Shown here one piece after another: positions 1-7,027 of a stretch of DNA of 12,572 bases. The notes under the pieces are model-generated. The model made no database searches. It saw only the letters and a program-made list of their open reading frames with translations, and was not told where the DNA came from. The stretch's first letter is position 1; every line of letters begins with the position of its first letter. The DNA comes from Armatimonadota bacterium (GTDB lineage: Bacteria; Armatimonadota; UBA10988), in contig JACRKZ010000155.1 in assembly GCA_016235455.1 (NCBI GenBank), positions 1 to 12,572 of the forward strand. The letters run 5' to 3'. The position numbers were made by a program, and so were the translations under genes.

Positions 1-1292
1 CCGTGATGCCGCTCGAGGCACGCCGCCAGCAGCAGGTCGCGCCCGCGGTCGGCCTCAATCAGGCCGTCGCGCACCGTGGGCTCGGCCGACTGCGCAGTGG
101 TCAGCAGCAACGCCGGGTGCACGCCAATCACCTTGACCGGCCCGCCGGGCGCGGTCAACTCGAAGGTCGCCGGGCTCAGCGCGGCCAGGTGCACGCTGTC
201 GCGCAGCGCCGAGTCATCGCGGGCCGGCGGCTCGAACAGAGCTTGGCCATCGGCGGCGATGAGCTGGCCGGCGCTCCACACGCGGCGCGGGATGAACGTG
301 GTCAGGTCGTCCACGACGACCAGGTCGGCCCGTCGTCCGGGCGCGATGGCGCCGATCTGGCGGCTCAGGCCGAAGCGTTCGGCGGTGTTGAGCGTGGCCA
401 TCTGGACCGCGCGCAGCGGGGCCACGCCGGCGGCGATGACCTCGCGCACGATGCGATCGATGTGGCCCGAGCCGAGCAGGTCTTCGGCGGCGATATCGTC
501 GCAGCAGAGGCACACGCGTCGCGCGTTGTCATCGTTGAGTGCGGGCAGCAGGGCGGCCAGGTTGCGCGTGGCCGAGCCCTCGCGCATGAGCAAGTAGCAG
601 CCCAGGCGCAGCTTCTCCAGCGCCTCCGCGGGGTTGGTGCATTCGTGGTCGCTGTCGGGCCCTCCCAGCAGGTAGGCGCAGAGCTGCTGCCCGCCGAGGA
701 ATGGCGCATGGCCGTCGATGGGCCGGCCCGCGGCGGCGGCCAGCTTGGCCAGCACCTCGTCGTCACCGAACACCACGCCGGGGTAGTTCATCATCTCGGC
801 CAGGCCGACCACGCCGTCGAGGCCGAGCAGTCGCGTCACGGCGGCCGCGTCGAGCACGGCGCCGGACTCGTCGAGCGGCGAGGCGGGCACACAGCTGGGC
901 ACGTTGACATAGAGCCGCACGGGCAGGTCGCGCGCCGCGGAGAGCATCCACTCGACGCCGGCGGCGCCACGGACGTTGGCCACCTCGTGCGGGTCGACAA
1001 ACGCGCCGGTCGTGCCGTGCGGCGCCACGCAGTGGGCGAACTCGGCCGGTGCCAGCAGAGAGCTCTCAATGTGGACATGGGCGTCGAGCAGGCCGGGCAG
1101 CACATAGGCGCCGCGTAGATCCTCCTCGGTCTGGCCGCGGTAGTCGCCCAGGCCGACGATGATCCCGTCGGCGATGGCGATATCGGCTTCGTGGATCTCC
1201 CCCGAGTAGACGTTGACGACGCGGCCGCCGCGCAGGACCAGATCGGCCGGCTGATCGCCACGAGCCACGGCGAGCCGTTCGGACTGGGGCAT
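1..1292 (-). CDS. ade: Adenine deaminase (AdeC type), C-terminus runs off the window start
   Basis: Not in the ORF track because there is no stop in the window. Manual reverse translation from ATG 1292: MPQSERLAVARGDQPADLVLRGGRVVNVYSGEIHEADIAIADG...PGLLDAHVHIESSLL...HGTTGAFVDPHEVANV...DSDHECT...RDLLLAACLERHH. HxHIESS, DPHE, DHEC and ERHH are AdeC motifs. SD AGGAG at 1303-1307 (- strand). Confidence 0.95.
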   Translation of the reverse strand, partial: MPQSERLAVARGDQPADLVLRGGRVVNVYSGEIHEADIAIADGIIVGLGDYRGQTEEDLRGAYVLPGLLDAHVHIESSLLAPAEFAHCVAPHGTTGAFVDPHEVANVRGAAGVEWMLSAARDLPVRLYVNVPSCVPASPLDESGAVLDAAAVTRLLGLDGVVGLAEMMNYPGVVFGDDEVLAKLAAAAGRPIDGHAPFLGGQQLCAYLLGGPDSDHECTNPAEALEKLRLGCYLLMREGSATRNLAALLPALNDDNARRVCLCCDDIAAEDLLGSGHIDRIVREVIAAGVAPLRAVQMATLNTAERFGLSRQIGAIAPGRRADLVVVDDLTTFIPRRVWSAGQLIAADGQALFEPPARDDSALRDSVHLAALSPATFELTAPGGPVKVIGVHPALLLTTAQSAEPTVRDGLIEADRGRDLLLAACLERHH

Positions 1293-1318
1293 GGCTGGCT
1301 TACTCCTGTGCATCCCTG

Positions 1319-1327
1319 ACTATAGCA
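1319..1327 (-). promoter_or_regulatory. Putative extended -10 promoter of ade (TGcTATAGT)
   Basis: The - strand reads TGCTATAGT about 27 nt upstream of the ade ATG, a TGn-TATAnT match in an otherwise GC-rich region. Confidence 0.6.
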
Positions 1328-1359
1328 TACGGCGCGACGGGGACTCGGTCAGCCGGCGC

Positions 1360-1508
1360 GCTCCGCGCGCGGGGTGCCGGGCGTCGGGCGTGAGGCGTGC
1401 GGGAAAGCACATCACGCCGACCGGGTTGGACAGACCGCCCGCACATCCCGACGCCCGACGCCCCATGCCGGGCGTGCGCCAGCACGCCACCCCCCGCGCG
1501 CGGCGAGC
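1360..1508. repeat. Nested inverted-repeat (palindromic) element between the divergent promoters
   Basis: Perfect pairings: 1363-1374/1492-1503 (12 bp), 1379-1391/1451-1463 (13 bp), 1397-1403/1438-1444 (7 bp), plus side hairpin 1471-1477/1482-1488 (7 bp). Confidence 0.75.
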
Positions 1509-1514
1509 CCGCTG

Positions 1515-1523
1515 TGCTATACT
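1515..1523 (+). promoter_or_regulatory. Putative extended -10 promoter of the S55-mla operon (TGcTATACT)
   Basis: TGCTATACT lies 30 nt upstream of ATG 1554. SD-like GAGG at 1542-1545. Confidence 0.65.
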
Positions 1524-1553
1524 CGCGGCTGATATTGGTCAGAGGATGGGCGG

Positions 1554-3323
1554 ATGACAGCAGCGTGCCGGGGCGTGGTCAGGTGGTTGGCGGCAGTGGC
1601 CTTGACGGCCCATCTGGTGCTGGCGGCGCCGCCGGCGACGCGCTCCCTCTCCCAGCTCAAGCCTGGCCAGAAGGGCACAGGCCGGACCGTCTTCAAGGGC
1701 GAGGCTATCGAGACCTTCGACTTTGAAGTCGTCGACCTGCTCAAGACCGACGGCTTCAACACCGATCTCATCCTGATCAAGGTCAGCGGCCCCCAAGTCG
1801 ACGCCATTGGCGGCATCGCGTATGGCATGAGCGGCTCGCCGTTGTACATCGACAACGACCTCATCGGCGCGGTGGCCATGACCACCGCCGACACCGACGC
1901 GCACTACGGCTACGCCACGCCCATCGCCGACATGATCAAGATGTGGGACACGCTGCCGGCCAAGCCCGCGCCCGTCGGCGGTCAGGCCAGCGTGCTCGAT
2001 ATGCTGCCCGTCGGCACGCCCGTGCAGCTGCGCGGCCTCTCGGCGCGCGCTCGGGCGCCGCTGGCCAGATTGCTGGCCGCGCACGGCCTGCGTGTGCAGA
2101 CCGGGCCCGCGCCGTCGCCGGCGCAACCCATCGACCCTGCCGCGCCCAGCGAAGCGCCGATCGAGGCCGGCAGCGCTATCTCCTGTGCCTTGACCACGGG
2201 TGATGTCTCGGTGGAGGCCACCGGCACGGTGACCTGGCGCGACGGCGACCGTATCCTGGCCTTCGGCCACCCGTTCCTGCGCGGCGGTGCCAGCAGCTTG
2301 TTCATGCAGAAGGCCTACGTGGCCACCATTCTGCCGTCGCGGACGATGCCTACCAAGGTGGCCTTCCCCAGCAGCCAGCCCATCGGCACCTTCACCGTCG
2401 ACCGCGCCGCGGGCATCGGCGGTGTGGTCGGCGCCAAGACGCCCAAGTTCGAAGTGAGCATCACGGTCAAGGACACCGACCTGAACCGCGAGCGCGTGCT
2501 GCGGCTGGACGTCATCCGCGACCCGCGGCTGGTGCCCGCGCTGGTGGGCTCGGCGCTGCTGCAGGCCATGGACGAGGTCATGGACCGCGAAGGTGCCGGC
2601 ACGGCGTCGCTGTCGTGGAAGCTCGACGCCGAGGGCCTGGCAGCGCCGTTCGTGCGCGAGGACCTGCTCTACTCCAACGCCGATATCCTCTCGGAAGCCG
2701 TGGCCGGGCCGCTGTTTGGTCTGGAGGCGCTGCTGCGCAACGACTTCGCCGCACTTGACCCCAAGCGCATCGAACTGACGGTCAACGTCTCCACCGAGCG
2801 CCGCACCGTACGGCTGACCGGCATCACCGTTGAGCCGAACAAGGCCAAGCCGGGCCAGAGCGTCAAGGTCACCTGCCAGTTGCAGCCCTATCGCGGGCAG
2901 CCGTTCACGCGGGAGCTGCTCATGGTGGTGCCCAAGACCGCCGCGCCGGGCCGCCTTGTGGTGGATGTGCACGGCCGCGACCGCGCCGGCACCGGGCCGC
3001 TCAACCAGGCCGCGCTGCTGGCCGGCGGGCTGCCGGTGCCGACCAGCCTGGCCGACCTGCTGCGCACCGTGGCCGCCAGCCAACGCGGCGACACGCTGTG
3101 GGCCGAGATCCTCTCGCCCGAGGCCGCCGCCGCGCGGCAGCAGGCGTCGGACCAACTGGCCGCCCTGCCCAGTGCCGACCCGTTCGGCGAGGAGACCGTC
3201 GCCGTACCCACGCTGGACCTGCCGACGGGCGCCACGGCGGTGCCGTTGGCCAAGGCCGAAGCCCGGCTGGACAAGGTGGTGCTGGGCCGCCTGCGCGAGA
3301 GCCTGACGGTGCTCGCGCCATGA
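1554..3323 (+). CDS. Secreted SpoIVB-like peptidase S55 domain protein (589 aa)
   Basis: N-terminal signal-peptide-like segment (VRWLAAVALTAHLVLA). GGIAYGMSGSPLYIDNDLIGAV (Ser93) and TGTVTWRDGDRILAFGHPF (His239) match SpoIVB/S55 motifs. Its stop overlaps the mlaE start (ATGA, 3320-3323). Confidence 0.9.
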   Translation: MTAACRGVVRWLAAVALTAHLVLAAPPATRSLSQLKPGQKGTGRTVFKGEAIETFDFEVVDLLKTDGFNTDLILIKVSGPQVDAIGGIAYGMSGSPLYIDNDLIGAVAMTTADTDAHYGYATPIADMIKMWDTLPAKPAPVGGQASVLDMLPVGTPVQLRGLSARARAPLARLLAAHGLRVQTGPAPSPAQPIDPAAPSEAPIEAGSAISCALTTGDVSVEATGTVTWRDGDRILAFGHPFLRGGASSLFMQKAYVATILPSRTMPTKVAFPSSQPIGTFTVDRAAGIGGVVGAKTPKFEVSITVKDTDLNRERVLRLDVIRDPRLVPALVGSALLQAMDEVMDREGAGTASLSWKLDAEGLAAPFVREDLLYSNADILSEAVAGPLFGLEALLRNDFAALDPKRIELTVNVSTERRTVRLTGITVEPNKAKPGQSVKVTCQLQPYRGQPFTRELLMVVPKTAAPGRLVVDVHGRDRAGTGPLNQAALLAGGLPVPTSLADLLRTVAASQRGDTLWAEILSPEAAAARQQASDQLAALPSADPFGEETVAVPTLDLPTGATAVPLAKAEARLDKVVLGRLRESLTVLAP

Positions 3324-4111
3324 CCGCCACGTCGCGCCGGCCATGGTCCGGGCCGCTGGCCCTGTTGGGTCGGCAGGTGCTGGACCAGGTCGCCTTGCTG
3401 GGGCAGTGGTGCGTGCTCTGGTTCCAGGCCAACCAACTCGTCAGTCGCGGCCGCATCAACGGTCGCCTGCTGGTCAAGCAACTCGATGCATTGGGCGTCG
3501 GCTCTATTCCCATGGCCTGCCTTACCGTGACCTTCTCGTCCGCGGTGCTGGCGGTCTACACCATCGACCAGTTCAAGCAGTACGGCTTCACCGACTACAT
3601 CGGTCGGCTGATCGGCATGAGCGTCACGCGGGAGCTGGGCCCAGTGCTGACGGCCATCGTCGTCGCATCGCGCGAAGGTTCGCGCATGGCCGCCGAACTG
3701 GCTTCAATGAAGGTCACCGAGCAGATCGACGCGCTGCGCTGCATGGCCACCGACCCGGTGGAGTACCTGGTCGTGCCGCGCTACCTGGGCGCGCTGCTGG
3801 GCATGCCGGCGCTGACCACCCTGGCTTCGTTCTCGGGCATCTGTGGCGGCTATCTGGTGGCCGCGGCGCACGCCGTACCGCGCGATGTCTACTGGAGCTC
3901 CGTGGCGCGTGGCGTGGAGCCGGCCTACATCCTCAGCGGCGGCATCAAGGCGCTGCTGTTCGGCGCCATCATCGCCACGGTGGCCTGCCGGACCGGCCTG
4001 TCCACGGGTTTTGGCTCTGCCGCTGTCGGTCGCTCGGTGACCGCGTCGGTGGTCCTGTGCGTGTTGCTGGTGCATATCGCCGATTTCGGACTGGCTCTGG
4101 TGTTTGGCTGA
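3320..4111 (+). CDS. mlaE: MlaE-family ABC transporter permease (MCE lipid transport)
   Basis: RELGPVLTAIVVASREGSRMAAELASMKVTEQIDALRCMATDPVEYLVVPR signature and several TM segments. Start placed at ATG 3320 (ATGA overlap) rather than the ORF-track start 3098. Confidence 0.95.
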   Translation: MTATSRRPWSGPLALLGRQVLDQVALLGQWCVLWFQANQLVSRGRINGRLLVKQLDALGVGSIPMACLTVTFSSAVLAVYTIDQFKQYGFTDYIGRLIGMSVTRELGPVLTAIVVASREGSRMAAELASMKVTEQIDALRCMATDPVEYLVVPRYLGALLGMPALTTLASFSGICGGYLVAAAHAVPRDVYWSSVARGVEPAYILSGGIKALLFGAIIATVACRTGLSTGFGSAAVGRSVTASVVLCVLLVHIADFGLALVFG

Positions 4112-4893
4112 TGATCAAGATCCGCGAGCTACGGTTCCTGCGCGGCGCCCAGGTGGTGCTGGACGGCATCAGCATGACCGTCGCCCAGGGCGAGATCGTC
4201 AGCATCATCGGTCCCTCGGGCTGCGGTAAGACCACGCTGCTCAAGTGCCTGGCCGGGCTGGAGCGACCGACCTCGGGCAGCATCCTGCTCGACCTGGACG
4301 GCCCGGGCGGCGACCCCGAGGTCGACCTGGCGGTGCTCAGCGAGGCCGACCTCAACGAGGTGCGGCGCGAAGTGGGCATGGTCTTCCAGTACGCCGCGCT
4401 GTTCGACAGCCTGAGCGTGCGCGAGAACATCGCCTTCCCGATGTACCGCTTCCGGCCCGACATGCGCGAGGCCGAGATCGACGACGAAGTGGCGCGCCTG
4501 CTGGGGTTGGTCGGCCTGGACCACACCACCACGCCGCGCAAGATGCCTGCCGAGCTGTCGGGCGGCATGCGCAAACGCGTCGGGCTGGCGCGGGCGCTGG
4601 CCCTACAACCGCGCGTCATCCTCTATGATGAGCCGAGCAGCGGGCTCGATCCGATCAGCGCGGCGAGCATCGACAAGCTGATCGTGGGCATGCGCGACCA
4701 GGTCGGCGTGACGTCGGTGGTGGTCTCACATCATGTGCCAAACGTGTTGCGCACCAGCGACCGTGTGGCCATGCTGCACGGCGGGCAGCTGATCACCGTG
4801 TCGACACCGGCCGAACTGAGCGCCAGCGAGGATCCGCGCGTGCGGCAGTTCATCACCGGTTCGTCGGACGGGCCGCTGACCGACATTGAGTAG
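4111..4893 (+). CDS. mlaF: MlaF/Mkl-family ABC transporter ATPase
   Basis: Starts MIKIRELRF at a TGATG overlap with the mlaE stop. Walker A GPSGCGKT, GMVFQYAALFDSL, signature LSGGMRKRVGLARAL, Walker B ILYDEP, C-terminal DPRVRQFITGSSDGP typical of MlaF. Confidence 0.95.
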   Translation: MIKIRELRFLRGAQVVLDGISMTVAQGEIVSIIGPSGCGKTTLLKCLAGLERPTSGSILLDLDGPGGDPEVDLAVLSEADLNEVRREVGMVFQYAALFDSLSVRENIAFPMYRFRPDMREAEIDDEVARLLGLVGLDHTTTPRKMPAELSGGMRKRVGLARALALQPRVILYDEPSSGLDPISAASIDKLIVGMRDQVGVTSVVVSHHVPNVLRTSDRVAMLHGGQLITVSTPAELSASEDPRVRQFITGSSDGPLTDIE

Positions 4894-4925
4894 GGTCGCG
4901 GGATCGCGACAGGATAGCCTTCGGC

Positions 4926-4934
4926 TGGTACACT
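4926..4934 (+). promoter_or_regulatory. Putative internal extended -10 promoter for mlaD (TGgTACACT)
   Basis: TGGTACACT in the 76-nt mlaF-mlaD gap, downstream of a small hairpin GTCGCG-GGAT-CGCGAC (4895-4910). SD GGAG at 4959-4962. Confidence 0.45.
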
Positions 4935-4969
4935 GACCGAGGCATCCAGAGGAGCAGTGGAGCCGCCAG

Positions 4970-6970
4970 ATGCAGACGTCAACCGAGATCAGGGTCGGCA
5001 TCTTCGTGATCGCCGTCGTGGCGCTGGGGCTGTTTGCCGCCACCACGCTCAAGGGCGGTCTCGGCGGGCGCGCCAGTGGCTACCTGTTCGAGATCTGGTT
5101 CGAGCAGGCACCAGGCATCGGCAAGGGCAGCCCCGTGCGGCTGGCCGGTGTCGAGGTCGGCCAGGTGGTCGACAAAGACATCATCGAGGTCACCGAGACC
5201 GGTCGCATCCAGGTGACTCAGGATCAGTCGGCCGGCCTGCTGCCCTACGAACTGATCACCACCTGGTCGTCGGGGCTCGACAAGGACCGCGTCGACGTGA
5301 CGGTCGGCGCGCGCCGGCTGGCGCCCGCCGAGCTGAGCACCATCAAGCAGTATGAGCGCAAGCGCCATGTGGCCCGGCTGCAGGTGCGCGTGCAGCGCAG
5401 CCACGAGCTGTTCACCCGCTACCGGTACGAGATTCTGGGCGGCATCGTCTTTGGCGACCGCCAGCTCAACATCAGCGATACCGGCCGCGACGGCCTGCCG
5501 CTGTCGACCGAGGAGCGCGGCCAGTCGCTGGTGCAGATGGCCGGCCGCCGGCAGCGCGTGGCGGTGCTCGGCCTGCCGCCAGCCAACATCGACGCCATTG
5601 TCGGCAGCGCCCAGAAGATCATGGACGAAGAGACCGCGCTGCGCATCAAGAACATCATCGCCAACATCGACCGTGCCACCGACGAGGCCGGCGAGATGCT
5701 GGGCTCGCTGCGCGCCACCATCCAGGCCAACCAGGGCAACGCCGACGCGATGATGAAGAACCTGGCTTCGGCCAGCGGCCAGCTCAACGAAGGCCTGGTC
5801 GAGGCGCGCGGCAAGCTGGTCTCGATCATGGGCAACGTGCAGGGCGCCACCACCGTGGCCCAGCGACTGGCGGAGCGCAACGAGGCCCGCGCCAACCACA
5901 TCATGGCCAACGTCGAGGACACCACGACGCGCGTGGCCGCCATGGCCAAGGACAACCAGAAGCTGGTCAACCAGACCATGCAGGACGTGGCCGGCACCGC
6001 CAAGGACGTGCGTTCGATGGTGACCGACACACGCGGGCAATGGACCGGCACGCTGGACCACCTGACGCGGACGGCCAGCAACGTGGAGGCCATCACCAGC
6101 GATGCGCACGACAAGGTCGGCAGCATCCTCGGCAAGCTCGACGACACCACCGGCCGTATCCGCGATGTGATCCGTGACAGTGACCAGCACCTGCGTCAGG
6201 CGACCACCGACGCCGCCGCCATCACCGCCAACGCGCGCGAGATGACCGACCGGCTCAAGGGCGACCTGCCGGAGATCACGGGCAGCCTCAAGACAACCTC
6301 GCAGAACGCCGCCGAGGCCACCGCCAAAGTGCGCGACCTGGTGGGCGACCCATCCACCAAGCAGATCCTGGCCAACACCGAGGCCGCCACCGCCGAGGCG
6401 CGCGCGCTCATCGCGGATATCCGCCGCATCACCAGCGACCCGAAGCTGCAGAACGACGTGAAGGACGCCGCCGCCAGCGTCAAGGATGCCGCGGCCGGCG
6501 TGGCCAGTCTGACCGGCCGCGCGGGCTCGTTCAAGCCCACGGCGTCGCTGACCGCCTACTACGGCACGCGCGACAACAAGTGGGAGAGCGACATCCGCCT
6601 GGCCATCGCGGCGGGCAAGCGCTACTCGTACCATCTGTTCCTGGACCACTTGACCACGCGCCCGCAGTACGGCGTGCAGTTGGGCCGGACCATGTTCAGC
6701 ACCGACCTGTTGGTGCGCTACGGGTTCTACCGCGGCAAACTGGCGGTCGGCGCCGACTGGGCGGCCTCGCGCCACGGCGCCGTGCGGCTGGATGTCTTCG
6801 ACCCCGGCGACCCGAAGCTCAACGTACGCTACACGCAACGCATTCCCGCGGGCCTGAGCGTCTTTGTCGGGCTCGATGACCTGCTCGACCGACCGGAACT
6901 GATGATGGGCGCGCAGCTCGGCTCGCACAGCGGGCTGTTCGGTTCGTCGGCGCCAGCGGGCGGGCGTTGA
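4970..6970 (+). CDS. mlaD: Long MlaD/MCE-family protein (TM anchor, MCE domain, helical repeats, probable C-terminal beta-barrel; 666 aa)
   Basis: EIRVGIFVIAVVALGLF TM anchor, MCE motif FEQAPGIGKGSPVRLAGVEVGQV, helical region aa ~206-518, amphipathic beta-rich region aa ~521-651, and position directly after mlaEF. Confidence 0.9.
   Translation: MQTSTEIRVGIFVIAVVALGLFAATTLKGGLGGRASGYLFEIWFEQAPGIGKGSPVRLAGVEVGQVVDKDIIEVTETGRIQVTQDQSAGLLPYELITTWSSGLDKDRVDVTVGARRLAPAELSTIKQYERKRHVARLQVRVQRSHELFTRYRYEILGGIVFGDRQLNISDTGRDGLPLSTEERGQSLVQMAGRRQRVAVLGLPPANIDAIVGSAQKIMDEETALRIKNIIANIDRATDEAGEMLGSLRATIQANQGNADAMMKNLASASGQLNEGLVEARGKLVSIMGNVQGATTVAQRLAERNEARANHIMANVEDTTTRVAAMAKDNQKLVNQTMQDVAGTAKDVRSMVTDTRGQWTGTLDHLTRTASNVEAITSDAHDKVGSILGKLDDTTGRIRDVIRDSDQHLRQATTDAAAITANAREMTDRLKGDLPEITGSLKTTSQNAAEATAKVRDLVGDPSTKQILANTEAATAEARALIADIRRITSDPKLQNDVKDAAASVKDAAAGVASLTGRAGSFKPTASLTAYYGTRDNKWESDIRLAIAAGKRYSYHLFLDHLTTRPQYGVQLGRTMFSTDLLVRYGFYRGKLAVGADWAASRHGAVRLDVFDPGDPKLNVRYTQRIPAGLSVFVGLDDLLDRPELMMGAQLGSHSGLFGSSAPAGGR
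5726..6325 (+). repeat. Eight tandem degenerate 25-aa (75-nt) helical repeats within MlaD
   Basis: Gapless alignment: ANQGNADAMMKNLASASGQLNEGLV / EARGKLVSIMGNVQGATTVAQRLAE / RNEARANHIMANVEDTTTRVAAMAK / DNQKLVNQTMQDVAGTAKDVRSMVT / DTRGQWTGTLDHLTRTASNVEAITS / DAHDKVGSILGKLDDTTGRIRDVIR / DSDQHLRQATTDAAAITANAREMTD / RLKGDLPEITGSLKTTSQNAAEATA. Confidence 0.8.
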
Positions 6971-6995
6971 CAGATCGGGGCAGTGGCCCTACCAT
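6967..6995 (+). promoter_or_regulatory. sigma70-type promoter of asd: TTGACA-N17-TACCAT
   Basis: Consensus -35 TTGACA (6967-6972) contains the mlaD TGA stop. Spacer is 17 nt, -10 TACCAT at 6990-6995, SD AGGAG at 7016-7020. Confidence 0.75.
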
Positions 6996-7027
6996 CGCCC
7001 GAGCACTAGAGCGATAGGAGTTCACCC

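Noticed and set aside
3-1118. 371-aa + strand ORF
   Set aside because: Antisense shadow of ade. The - strand frame carries all the AdeC motifs.
1293-1510. Purine or other riboswitch upstream of adenine deaminase
   Set aside because: The predicted ade leader is only about 20 nt, the structured element is upstream of the -10 box, and I see no purine-aptamer consensus. SRP, RNase P and tmRNA hallmark motifs were not seen either.
1554-3323. SpoIVB as evidence for endospore formation
   Set aside because: No PDZ domain, permuted motif order, no adjacent spo0A, and an outer-membrane transport context. S55 homologs are known in non-sporulating bacteria.
1539-3344. 601-aa - strand ORF (similarly 4979-6928, 7022-8095, 8098-8913, 11431-12558)
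   Set aside because: Antisense shadows of real genes, expected with high-GC codon bias, and with no recognisable motifs.
3098-4110. N-terminal extensions of mlaE (from 3098) and mlaF (from 3343) suggesting fusions or long overlaps
   Set aside because: The extensions are Arg/Gly/Ala-rich off-frame reads of the upstream genes. Clean ATGA and TGATG coupling gives normal-length proteins.
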